Shown here in pieces: positions 8,446 through 17,705 of a stretch of DNA of 61,200 bases (the first letter of the stretch is position 1; each line of letters begins with the position of its first letter). The stretch covers positions 1 to 61,200 of the forward strand of contig PUND01000018.1 of NCBI GenBank assembly GCA_003551645.1, given 5' to 3'. This stretch comes from Phycisphaerae bacterium (GTDB lineage: Bacteria; Planctomycetota; Phycisphaerae; SM23-33). The notes beneath the pieces are model-generated. The model made no database searches and was not told the DNA's origin. It saw only the letters and a list, made by a program, of their open reading frames with translations. The translations under genes were made by a program, and so were the position numbers.

Positions 8446-9653
8446 CAGCCGCCCCTGCGTCTCCTTAGTATCTCCGCTATCTCGTTACAGTCCTTGTCAC
8501 CCCGGCCGGAGAGGTTCACCAGCACTATCTCATCGGCAGACATCTTCCCGGCCAGGTCCATCGCCTCGGCGACCGCGTGCGCGCTTTCCAGAGCGGGTAT
8601 TATCCCCTCAGCCCGCGAAAGCGCCGCCGTTGCGGCCAGCGCCTCGTCGTCGGTCCGGCAGGTGTAGCTGACGCGGCCGATCCGCTTCCAGTAGCTGTGC
8701 TCCGGGCCGACGCCGGGGTAGTCCAGCCCGGCCGATACGCTGTGGACAGGCGCTGTCTGGCCGTCCTCGCTCTGGAGGACGTAGCTCTTGGCACCGTGCA
8801 GGACGCCGGGCGAACCGGCGCAGAGCGTCGCGGCGTGTTCGCCGAGCCGCAGACCCGTGCCCGCGGCCTCCACGCCGACCATCCTGACCTGCTTGTCGTC
8901 GATCATCGGGTGGAAGATGCCCGCGGCGTTCGACCCGCCGCCGACGCAGGCGACGATCACCTCCGGCAGCCGCCCCTCGGCCGCGAGCATCTGTTCGCGC
9001 GCCTCGCGGCCGATGCAGCACTGAAACTCGCGGACCATCGTCGGGAACGGGTGAGGGCCGCAGACCGAGCCGAGTATGTAGTGGGTGTGCTCGCTGCTGG
9101 CCATCCAGTCGCGCATCGCCTCGTTGGTGGCGTCCTTGAGCGTCCGCTGGCCGGTCTCGACCGGCAAGACCCGCGCCCCCAGAAGCTCCATCCGGAAGAC
9201 GTTGAGCTGCTGGCGGCGGATGTCCTCGGTGCCCATGTACACGTCGCAGTCAAGCCCGAGCACCGTCGCGGCCGTCGCGGTCGCCACGCCATGCTGGCCG
9301 GCGCCGGTCTCGGCTATGACCCGCTTCTTGCCCATGCGGACCGCCAGCAGCGCTTGGCCGAGCGTGTTGTTTATCTTGTGCGCGCCGGTGTGGTTCATGT
9401 CCTCGCGCTTCAGATAAATCTTCGCCCCGCCGCACTTTTCGCTCAGCCGCCGGGCAAGGTAAAGCTCGCTGGGCCTGCCGGCTATTTCTCGGTGGCAGCG
9501 GTCCAGCTCCGCCAGGAACTTCTCGTCGGCCATCGCCTCGGCGAACGCGCGGTCAAGCTCCGCCAGCGCCGAGACAAGCGTCTCTGGCACGAACATGCCG
9601 CCGTATTCGCCGAAGTAGCCCTTCCGCGGGGTAGGTTGGGTTTTCCTGCTCAT
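8445..9653 (-). CDS. trpB: Tryptophan synthase beta chain
   Basis: [15 protein letters not shown] (PLP lysine), [25 protein letters not shown]. Confidence 0.97.
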   Translation of the reverse strand: MSRKTQPTPRKGYFGEYGGMFVPETLVSALAELDRAFAEAMADEKFLAELDRCHREIAGRPSELYLARRLSEKCGGAKIYLKREDMNHTGAHKINNTLGQALLAVRMGKKRVIAETGAGQHGVATATAATVLGLDCDVYMGTEDIRRQQLNVFRMELLGARVLPVETGQRTLKDATNEAMRDWMASSEHTHYILGSVCGPHPFPTMVREFQCCIGREAREQMLAAEGRLPEVIVACVGGGSNAAGIFHPMIDDKQVRMVGVEAAGTGLRLGEHAATLCAGSPGVLHGAKSYVLQSEDGQTAPVHSVSAGLDYPGVGPEHSYWKRIGRVSYTCRTDDEALAATAALSRAEGIIPALESAHAVAEAMDLAGKMSADEIVLVNLSGRGDKDCNEIAEILRRRRGG

Positions 9654-9891
9654 GTCAATTCCAGTGTATCCCCCAACAGCCGATCTGGATAGCCCTTCCG
9701 TACTGCCTCCGGCTGTTGTCGCACCTGCGCCCTTCTCCGAGTTTGCTGAGTCCTCCGCGGCCCAAGGTCGAACGGCCGGCCTCGGACGCCGACCGGTTTT
9801 GGCAAGTCATGCCGAAAGCGCGTATAATCCGCGGCCCGGCGGCCGTGCCGGCGGCGGGGCGGGCGAGCATGGAACAGCCAAGGAACGACCA

Positions 9892-11280
9892 ATGACGACT
9901 TCACAGGGATTACAGGACCGGTTTGAGCGGAACGTGGTGTTCGAGGTTCGCGTGGCGCTTGCCGACGGCGCCGACCCGCTGGCGGCGGTGGTGTCGGCCG
10001 TGCGGGATTCCGGCGCCCGCGTCGGACGGATGGAACTTGCCGGAACCGACTCGCCCCCGCTGATATACGCCATACAGGTTTACGCGGCCGATGATGAGCA
10101 GATGGACGCGGCGGTGGAGGCGGTCTCGGCGGTCGAGGGCGTGGAGGTACTCCACGCTGTCGATCTGGCCATGGAGAGCCACCGCGGCGGGGCGTGCGAG
10201 CTTCGCAGCCGAAGCCCCATCCGCTCCAACACCGACCTTCGCATCGTCTATACGCCGGGTGTGGCGCGGGTGTGCAAGGCAGTCCAGGCCGACCCGTCCA
10301 AGGCGCGAGATTTTACCAACGTCGCCAACAAGGTCGCAATCGCCACCAACGGGACGGCCATCCTCGGACTTGGCGACATCGGACCGCTCGCGGGCCTGCC
10401 GGTGATGGAGGGCAAGGCGGCCATATTCTGGGAGTTCGCGGGCGTCTCGGCCGAGCCGGTGCTGGTGGATACCTACGACGCCGACGAGTTCATCTTCGTG
10501 ATGGAGAAGCTCGCAGCCGGCTTCGGCGCGATACAGATAGAGGACGTCAAGGCCCCGGAGTGTTTTCGTATTACGCGCGAGCTTGACCGTCGGCTGAAGA
10601 TACCGGTCTTCCACGACGACCAGCACGGGACGGCCACCATCGTGCTGGCGGGCGTCTACAGCGCCCTGAAAAAGACCGGCAAGCGGATGAGCGATTTGAC
10701 CGTCGCCATCAGCGGCGCAGGGGCCGCCGGGACCGCGATAGCGGATCTGCTGACCGCCGCCGGGGCCGGAGACATCGTACTCTGCGACAGTGCGGGCACC
10801 CTCCACCGAGGGCGGACCGAGAACATGAACCCGGAAAAGCAGGCCCTCGCCGAGCGGACTAACGCCGACAACATAAGCGGCTCGCTGGCCGACGCGATGG
10901 CCGGCAGGGGGCTGTTCATAGGTGTCAGTCAGCCCAACCTGGTCTCGCAGGATATGGTGCGTTCCATGGCGCCGGACCCGCTGGTGTTCGCACTGGCGAA
11001 CCCGGTGAGCGAGATAACCCCGGCCCAGGCGTACCAGGCCGGTGCATCGGTCGCGGCCGACGGGCGGATGATGAACAACGCCCTGGCGTATCCGGGCATC
11101 TTCCGCGGCGCGCTGGACGCCGCGGCCGAGTGCATCACCATGGAGATGATGATGGCCGCCGCTGATGCACTCGCATTGGCAGTGCCCGAAGGTGAGCTTA
11201 TGCCGGAAATGATGGACCCACAGACCCACCGGGCCGTCGCCGACGCGGTCCGGACCGCTGCGGGGCATACGAGCAAATAA
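9892..11280 (+). CDS. NAD(P)-dependent malic enzyme with N-terminal ACT-like domain
   Basis: [56 protein letters not shown]. Confidence 0.92.
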   Translation: MTTSQGLQDRFERNVVFEVRVALADGADPLAAVVSAVRDSGARVGRMELAGTDSPPLIYAIQVYAADDEQMDAAVEAVSAVEGVEVLHAVDLAMESHRGGACELRSRSPIRSNTDLRIVYTPGVARVCKAVQADPSKARDFTNVANKVAIATNGTAILGLGDIGPLAGLPVMEGKAAIFWEFAGVSAEPVLVDTYDADEFIFVMEKLAAGFGAIQIEDVKAPECFRITRELDRRLKIPVFHDDQHGTATIVLAGVYSALKKTGKRMSDLTVAISGAGAAGTAIADLLTAAGAGDIVLCDSAGTLHRGRTENMNPEKQALAERTNADNISGSLADAMAGRGLFIGVSQPNLVSQDMVRSMAPDPLVFALANPVSEITPAQAYQAGASVAADGRMMNNALAYPGIFRGALDAAAECITMEMMMAAADALALAVPEGELMPEMMDPQTHRAVADAVRTAAGHTSK

Positions 11281-11293
11281 CCCGGGGGTGGAG

Positions 11294-12082
11294 ATGTTCC
11301 TGGCCTACTACGACGAAAGCGGCGACGACGGTTACCCGGAATATTCGTCACCGTTGTTCGTACTGTCATCTGTGTATATGCCGTGCACTAAATGGAAGCA
11401 GACCTTCGAGCGGGTCGCGGATTTACGCCGAGAGTTGCGAGACATATTCGGCCTTCCGGTCAAACTCGAGTGGCACACGAAGGCCCTATTGCTCAACAAG
11501 AAACCGTACCGTGAGCTTGAACTTGAAGATTCAGAGCGACTAGCGATGGTGGATCGGTACTGTGGGACGGTCGGTGCGTTGGACGTACGTATCGTGAACG
11601 TTGTGATCCACAAGCCGGCCATTCGCAGCCGCGGGTACCGGGTACTCGACACGTGCTTCCAATACTCAATCCAGCGCATCGAAAACGACCTGCTTAGAAG
11701 CGACCCGGACGAGCTGTTTATGATCATCACGGATGAGGGACGGGAAGCGTCGATGCGCAAGACCGCACGGAGGGTTCAGCGAGTTAACTATATCCCCTCG
11801 CGCTTCGGCGAAGTCCCGTATCGAAAGGAAATCGAGCGGCTCATCGAGGACCCTTTGGCGAAGGATTCGAAACATTCCCATTTCATCCAGATAGCAGATA
11901 TGGTCGCGTTTGTGGTGTACCTCCACAAGCTCGCGGAGTTGGGCGCGGGAAGCTATCACAATCGTATGCCTGCGCAGGTTACGCCGGAGAGGGTCCAAAG
12001 CTGGCTAGATATGCTGAAGCCAAGCATAAACCTGGCGGCCTCCGGAAAGGATCGTTACGGTATCGTCTGTCACCCCGCATAA
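11294..12082 (+). CDS. DUF3800 domain protein (predicted RNase H-like fold)
   Basis: N-terminal YYDESG, central IITDEG, C-terminal DS..S.FIQIADM; codon usage visibly less GC-biased than neighbours. Confidence 0.85.
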   Translation: MFLAYYDESGDDGYPEYSSPLFVLSSVYMPCTKWKQTFERVADLRRELRDIFGLPVKLEWHTKALLLNKKPYRELELEDSERLAMVDRYCGTVGALDVRIVNVVIHKPAIRSRGYRVLDTCFQYSIQRIENDLLRSDPDELFMIITDEGREASMRKTARRVQRVNYIPSRFGEVPYRKEIERLIEDPLAKDSKHSHFIQIADMVAFVVYLHKLAELGAGSYHNRMPAQVTPERVQSWLDMLKPSINLAASGKDRYGIVCHPA

Positions 12083-12122
12083 AAAACACCACCTACGGCG
12101 CATTAGCGCTTTCAGTGGTTCA
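12081..12122 (-). ncRNA. Putative DUF3800-associated small RNA, convergent with the gene
   Basis: Minus strand TTGCAA-18 nt-GATAAT promoter (12157-12128), then ACCAC-UGAAA-GCGC-UAAU-GCGC-CGUAG-GUGGU and a U6 tract ending at the stop codon. Confidence 0.55.
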
Positions 12123-12216
12123 ATAGTATTATCGGACACACCGGTATGCCCTTGCAAGAGTTTTCTTGCAGAATTTTCGCAGAAACGTAGCTTATTTTTC
12201 AAAGGTGGTGTATCTC

Positions 12217-12858
12217 ATGAAAGCACTGATAGTTTACGGCGGTTGGGAAGGCCACGAGCCGGATAAAGTCGCGGAGATACTTGCCGGCGAGCTTCGCGAC
12301 GCCGGTGCGGAGGTGGAGCTTTCGGATACGCTCGACGCCTTCGCCGACGGCGAGAAGCTCAAGTCGCTCGACCTCATCGTGCCGGAATGGACGATGGGCG
12401 AGATCAGCAAGGAACAACTCAACCCGCTGTGCGAGGCGGTCCGTTCCGGCGTGGGTCTGGCCGGCGTCCACGGCGGTCTGGGCGACAGTTTCCGCAAGGC
12501 CACCGAGTATCAGTTCATGGTCGGCGGGCAGTGGGTGGCCCATCCCGGCAATATCATCGACTACCGCGTACACATCGTGGACCACGCCGACGAGGTAACG
12601 GCCGGGCTGGACCACTTCGACATGCGCTCCGAGCAGTACTACATGCACGTGGACCCCTCGAACCACGTCCTGGCGACCACCACGTTCGAGTTCAACGGCT
12701 GCACCATGCCCGTCGCCTGGAAGCGCATGTACGGAAAAGGCCGGGTGTTCTACTCCTCGCTCGGCCACGTCGCCGCCGACCTGGACGTGCCCGAGGCCCG
12801 CACCATTATCCGACGCGGCATGCTCTGGGCGGGCGCGGGTAAGCAGGCATCTCAGTAG
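12217..12858 (+). CDS. ThuA-domain (trehalose-utilisation-like, class I GATase fold) protein
   Basis: ALIVYGGWEGHEP, GLAGVHGG, GGQWVAHPG, EQYY, GRVFYSSLGH. Confidence 0.85.
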   Translation: MKALIVYGGWEGHEPDKVAEILAGELRDAGAEVELSDTLDAFADGEKLKSLDLIVPEWTMGEISKEQLNPLCEAVRSGVGLAGVHGGLGDSFRKATEYQFMVGGQWVAHPGNIIDYRVHIVDHADEVTAGLDHFDMRSEQYYMHVDPSNHVLATTTFEFNGCTMPVAWKRMYGKGRVFYSSLGHVAADLDVPEARTIIRRGMLWAGAGKQASQ

Positions 12859-12882
12859 AGGCGGCCGGCCGTTGGCGGCGAG

Positions 12883-14268
12883 CTATTCGCCAGTCTGGTC
12901 TCGGGCGTTCAGCAGTGTGTCGAGCTTTTCGGCCGGCAGGACTTCTTTCTCCAGGCAGATTTCCCGGATGGTCTTTCCGGTGGCGTGGGCCTGTTTGGCG
13001 ATATCGGCCGCGGCGTCGTAGCCGATTTCCGGCGCCAGTGCGGTCACCATCGCCAGCGACCGCTCGATGAGCTGCTCGCAGCGGTCGCGGTCGGCTTCCA
13101 GGCCGGCGATGCATTTGTCAGCGAACACCCGCGCGACGTTAGTCAGCAGATCTATCTGCGTCAGCAGGTTCCACGCGATTACCGGCGTCGCGACGTTAAG
13201 CTCCAGTATGCTTCCCACCCCGCCGGTCGCACAGGCGGCCGTGGCCGCGTCCAGGCCCACCACCTCGGACGCCACCTGAATCACCGATTCGCAGATGACC
13301 GGGTTGACCTTTCCGGGCATTATCGAGCTTCCCGGCTGAAGGGCCGGCAGGTTCAGTTCGCCAAGCCCGCAGCGGGGGCCGGACGCCAGCAGGCGGATGT
13401 CCGAGGCGACCTTGCCCATCGCAAGCGCGGTTCTTCGCAACGTGCCCGAGACCTGAGCGGATGTATCGCGTGCGGCCTGTGCGGCGAAGCGGTTCGGGCA
13501 TTCGCGAAACTCCAGACCGGTCTTTTCCGATAGTCGGCGGCATATATCCCGGCCGAAGCCCTCCGGGGCGTTCAGCCCTGTGCCCACGGCCGTTCCGCCT
13601 ATGGGCACCTCGCACAGCGCATCCACGCAGCGGCGCAACTCGCCCACGGCCGCGTCGAGCTGGGCCGCCCAGCCGGCGAATTCCTGCCCCAGGCGAATCG
13701 GCACGGCGTCCATAAGGTGAGTCCGGGCTATCTTGACGACCTCGTCGAACTCGCTCGCCTTCGCTGCCAGGGCGTCCCGAAGCGCCTCGGCCGCCGGTAT
13801 CAGCCGCCGGTGTATGCCCAGAGCCGTCGCGACGTGCAGGGCGGTGGGTATCACGTCGTTGGACGATTGACCGCGGTTGACGTCGTCGTTGGGGTGCACG
13901 GGGGCGTCGTGGCCGAGAAGCCGGGACGCCCGATTCGCGATCACCTCATTGGCGTTCATGTTGGTGCTGGTGCCGCTGCCGGTCTGGAAGACGTCCACCG
14001 GGAAGTGCTCGTCGTGGTCGCCTTCGGCGACCTCGGCGGCGGCTGCGATAATCGCGTCGGCGACGGCCGGGTCCATCCGCCCGGCGTCTTTGTGCGACTC
14101 GGCCGCCGAGAGCTTTATCAGACCCAGGGCGCGGATAAACGGCGTCGGCATGACCCAGCCGGAAACCGGGAAGTTCGCCATTGCGCGTGCTGTCTGGGCG
14201 CCGTAAAGAGCGCCTTCGGGCACCTCCACCTCGCCGAGCGTGTCACGATTTTTGCGGGATTCCGACAT
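12883..14268 (-). CDS. fumC: Fumarate hydratase class II
   Basis: YGAQT.R, QTGSGTSTNMNANEV, HPNDDVN, GSSIMPGKVNP signature. Confidence 0.93.
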   Translation of the reverse strand: MSESRKNRDTLGEVEVPEGALYGAQTARAMANFPVSGWVMPTPFIRALGLIKLSAAESHKDAGRMDPAVADAIIAAAAEVAEGDHDEHFPVDVFQTGSGTSTNMNANEVIANRASRLLGHDAPVHPNDDVNRGQSSNDVIPTALHVATALGIHRRLIPAAEALRDALAAKASEFDEVVKIARTHLMDAVPIRLGQEFAGWAAQLDAAVGELRRCVDALCEVPIGGTAVGTGLNAPEGFGRDICRRLSEKTGLEFRECPNRFAAQAARDTSAQVSGTLRRTALAMGKVASDIRLLASGPRCGLGELNLPALQPGSSIMPGKVNPVICESVIQVASEVVGLDAATAACATGGVGSILELNVATPVIAWNLLTQIDLLTNVARVFADKCIAGLEADRDRCEQLIERSLAMVTALAPEIGYDAAADIAKQAHATGKTIREICLEKEVLPAEKLDTLLNARDQTGE

Positions 14269-14376
14269 GCGCTTCCCTTTCATCGAGGGCAGGTGGATTA
14301 TATGTCCGGCGGCCGTTCTGTGCCAGCGGTTGAGCGACGCTTGGCGCGGCCGATGCGGAATGCGTACACTCCCAAC

Positions 14377-16302
14377 ATGAAAGCATTTCTACTGTATCTT
14401 CGCGAGCACCCGTGGCAACGTCGGGTGCTGACGGCCGCCCTGGCGGTGGTGGCGGGTATGCTCGCCGCGGTGCTGGCATACCCGGTGGTGCGCGACCACT
14501 TGCTGCTTCGCCGCCTGGCAAGCGAGGACCACAGGGAGCAGTCCGTGGCAGTCGCCCAGGCCACGGTTCTGGCTGCGCAAAATCCGCGGACCTTGCGTCG
14601 CCTCGAACGCGCGCTGCGGACCGAAGACGACCGCAAGTTCCTGGCCGTGGCGGAGGTGCTCTGGAACCTGGGGCGCTTTCACACGCCCGACAGGGACCCC
14701 ACGAGCATAGACCGCTGGCGAGCTTTGCAGCTTGCTAGTCCGCTGGCGGCCGAATACACGCCCGACGCACTGGCCGGTCGCCTATCGTTGCTGATGCGGA
14801 CCATAACCGACGGGCGCGACAACAGGTATGTGCGCGGGGCGCTGTCGTCGGCCGCCGGCAGCCACGCCCCGGAGCTGCGCCGACTTTCGGCGACTCTGGC
14901 GGCCCGGCTGGAAGATTGTGATACGCTCGAGCGACTGCTGAAAGACGACTCCGAGGATGTCGCCGCCCAGGCCGCGCTCGCAGCGGGTGTGGGAGGGTGC
15001 GCATCGGTTGCCGACACACTCACCGATGTGTTCGGCGAAAGCGATTCCGTGGAAGTCGTATCGGCGGCCGCCTATGCGCTGGCGATCATCGACGCCGAAT
15101 CATGGTCGGAGCTGATTACCCATCGGATGCGCAACACGGAGACGGCCGAGCTGCGCGACCGGTTGCTGTTGCTGTCGCCTGTGCTGGACACGGCCGAGCC
15201 GGCCGTGGAAGAGATTCTGGAGCAAGCTCGTCGGCAGGAGGATTTTCCGCCCGCGGCCGCCTTGCTGGCGGCGGCGCGGATGGGAATCGAGGTCGCATCA
15301 CAATCGGCCCGCGATGTGCTGGCCGCCGCGGCCGAAGGCAGCGATAAGCTTAACGAGCCGCAGGTGCTTGCGGCGATCGATACAGCAAGAGTCCTCGATG
15401 TGCCTGTCGTCCGTGATCTGGATGCCTACTGCCGCGGATTCTGGTCTCACCGACTGTCGGCATCCATGGGCGCCGCGGCGCGGCTGCTCGCCGAGCAGGC
15501 CGACGTGGACGAAGAGCCGGAGGTTGTCGAACGGGCAATCGATACGCTGCGGCGGGCGGCTGTATATCCGCCGCCGGACCCGCAGTCCGGCGAGCCGAAG
15601 TCGCCCGGCACTCCGGGCGCATCGGCGGAGGCGGCGGTCGGGCTGTGGATTCTCGGATGCGAAGATGCGGAGCAGTACGTCCGACGTATCTCGCGGAGGG
15701 GAAACGCTATCGCCGTTGATGTGGTTGCATGGCGGCTGTCACGGGCCGACACGGAAGCGGCGTTCGAACTGGGTTTGCGCATGCTGCCCGTACCGGGTGT
15801 TCCGCCGGAACAGCGGGTCTATAACGACAATGAGCGTGCAACCGGGGCGATGCTTCTGGCCCTTTCTGCCCGGACGCCTCAGCAGCGGCAGGATGCTCTT
15901 CAACGGATGCGGCGGCGGCTGGACAGGGTGGCCGAGCCGTTCATCGTCCGCACCTCACTGCATTGCGGGCTGGTGATACTTGGTGAGCAGGACAGCCGGC
16001 CGATGCTCCGTGAGGTGCTCTCAGGGGAGGTATTCCCCCCGCGTCGCGCCCTGACGGCACTTCTGGCGTCCGGCGACAGGGCGGCGCTGGACTGGCTGCT
16101 GTGGAACCCCGACCTGACCGACGCCGAGCTACTGGAACTGCTCATCGACGAGGGGTTCGCGGAGGTCCTCGCCGAGGCGGTGCCGGAACTGCCTCGCGTG
16201 GACATGGGGGTCGGCCCGGACCTGCGATTCTGGCAATTGCGCATCTGCCGTCAGTACTACCTTGTTCATCGAGAGCGTTTACAGGCGGAGCTTGAGCGTT
16301 GA
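14377..16302 (+). CDS. Membrane-anchored alpha-solenoid (HEAT-repeat-like) hypothetical protein
   Basis: N-terminal TM helix, then Ala/Leu-rich helical repeats (e.g. LLKDDSEDVAAQAALA); stop overlaps the next start. Confidence 0.6.
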   Translation: MKAFLLYLREHPWQRRVLTAALAVVAGMLAAVLAYPVVRDHLLLRRLASEDHREQSVAVAQATVLAAQNPRTLRRLERALRTEDDRKFLAVAEVLWNLGRFHTPDRDPTSIDRWRALQLASPLAAEYTPDALAGRLSLLMRTITDGRDNRYVRGALSSAAGSHAPELRRLSATLAARLEDCDTLERLLKDDSEDVAAQAALAAGVGGCASVADTLTDVFGESDSVEVVSAAAYALAIIDAESWSELITHRMRNTETAELRDRLLLLSPVLDTAEPAVEEILEQARRQEDFPPAAALLAAARMGIEVASQSARDVLAAAAEGSDKLNEPQVLAAIDTARVLDVPVVRDLDAYCRGFWSHRLSASMGAAARLLAEQADVDEEPEVVERAIDTLRRAAVYPPPDPQSGEPKSPGTPGASAEAAVGLWILGCEDAEQYVRRISRRGNAIAVDVVAWRLSRADTEAAFELGLRMLPVPGVPPEQRVYNDNERATGAMLLALSARTPQQRQDALQRMRRRLDRVAEPFIVRTSLHCGLVILGEQDSRPMLREVLSGEVFPPRRALTALLASGDRAALDWLLWNPDLTDAELLELLIDEGFAEVLAEAVPELPRVDMGVGPDLRFWQLRICRQYYLVHRERLQAELER

Positions 16303-17069
16303 CTGCGCACCGGGCGCTTCTGGACGGCCTGTGGTCGGTGGCGGTGGGCCTTGGCGACCTGGTGCTCCCGCGGACCTGCCTGGGGTGCGGTTCTTCGGCC
16401 CCGGCGGCCGACGGACTCTGCGAGCGGTGCAGTGTCGATCTCCTGTCGCTGGTTGCTCTTCCTTCGTGCCCGCGATGCGGGGCTACGCTAGGCCCGAACA
16501 TCCCCGCCTCCGACGACGGCTGCGACGCGTGTCCGCCGACATTGCCGCGTTTCGAGTGTGTGGTGCGGCTCGGCCCTTACGCCGAGCCGTTGCGGAGCAT
16601 CGTGCGTGAGTTGAAGTACCGCCGTCGGATAATGCGAAGGCGTCTCGGCCGGATGCTCGCCCAGGCCCTGCGGACACGGCACGACGGAGGATTTGATGTT
16701 GTCATCCCGGTTCCGATGCACTGGCGGCGGCGGCTTCTGCGCGGCCAGAACCATGCGGAGGTAATCGCCTCTGCCGTTGCTTCGCAGCTGGAACTGCCGG
16801 TCGGCAATGAGCTTATCCGCGTCCGCAACACGCCGCCGCAGACGCATCTGCCTCGGTCCAGGCGCGCCGAGAATGTCCGTGGCGCGTTCGCCGCCGGGTC
16901 CCGATATGTGCTCGACGCCTCTGTGCTGCTGGTGGACGATGTGACCACGACCGGGGCCACCGCCAACGAGGCGGCCAGGACGCTCCTGCGAGCCGGCGCC
17001 AAGCGCGTGGTGCTGGCGGTGGTCTGTAAGGCCGAGCCGCCTACCGCCTACGCTCGGCATCAGGTCTGA
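16299..17069 (+). CDS. comF: ComF-family protein (double Zn ribbon plus phosphoribosyltransferase domain)
   Basis: CLGC, CERC, CPRC, CDAC; PVPMHWRR..RG.N; LLVDDVTTTGAT. Confidence 0.88.
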   Translation: MTAHRALLDGLWSVAVGLGDLVLPRTCLGCGSSAPAADGLCERCSVDLLSLVALPSCPRCGATLGPNIPASDDGCDACPPTLPRFECVVRLGPYAEPLRSIVRELKYRRRIMRRRLGRMLAQALRTRHDGGFDVVIPVPMHWRRRLLRGQNHAEVIASAVASQLELPVGNELIRVRNTPPQTHLPRSRRAENVRGAFAAGSRYVLDASVLLVDDVTTTGATANEAARTLLRAGAKRVVLAVVCKAEPPTAYARHQV

Positions 17070-17174
17070 AAAGCCCGGCTCGTTCAAAGCCCGGCGTCCG
17101 GTCGCAATATCTTTTCAGGGCCGCGGCCGGGGCGCACGTATCTGTGGGGCCTTCAAGCGGCGTTCGAGGGCGTC

Positions 17175-17624
17175 TTACCTTCTGTGGAACCGCTCGAGCA
17201 GCTCCTCCTGGCGGGCGTGCATTACCTCGGCCGAGGCCGCGTCGGTATCGTCGTAGCCCATCAGGTGCAGCAGTCCGTGGACGACGTACAGCATCAGTTC
17301 GCGCTGTACGCCTATGCCCCGGCGGCGGGCCTGCTCGACGGCCACGTCGCCGCAGACAATTATCTGTGCGGTCAGCGCGTCGCTTTGGGGGTCGGACAGG
17401 TCGAAGCTGATGACGTCGGTTGCCCGCCGGTGGTTGAGCCAGCGGCGATTGAGGCACGTGATCTCCTCGGCGTCCACCACCGCTATGTCAACTTCCTCCA
17501 GGGCGACGGCCTCGGCCTCGCCGACAAAAGCCACAAGCTCACGCAGCTTCTTTCGCGGTACGCGCAAGGCCGACTGGGACGACGACACCTCGACGAGCGG
17601 TTGCTTTGACGGCTTTCGTGCCAT
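17175..17624 (-). CDS. ybeY: rRNA maturation endoribonuclease YbeY
   Basis: LN..W......TDVISF and HGLLHLMGYDD motifs; downstream of phoH and the HD protein. Confidence 0.92.
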   Translation of the reverse strand: MARKPSKQPLVEVSSSQSALRVPRKKLRELVAFVGEAEAVALEEVDIAVVDAEEITCLNRRWLNHRRATDVISFDLSDPQSDALTAQIIVCGDVAVEQARRRGIGVQRELMLYVVHGLLHLMGYDDTDAASAEVMHARQEELLERFHRR

Positions 17625-17705
17625 GACGAGACGGTAACAGCCGACCGGGCTTCAAACAATGCCCACCGGCCAATAACGGTGATCGCCCTCGGCTACGGCG
17701 GTGGA

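Noticed and set aside
13717-14376. N-terminal 220 aa of the 861-aa ORF
   Set aside because: Antisense to fumC; the plausible start is ATG 14377.
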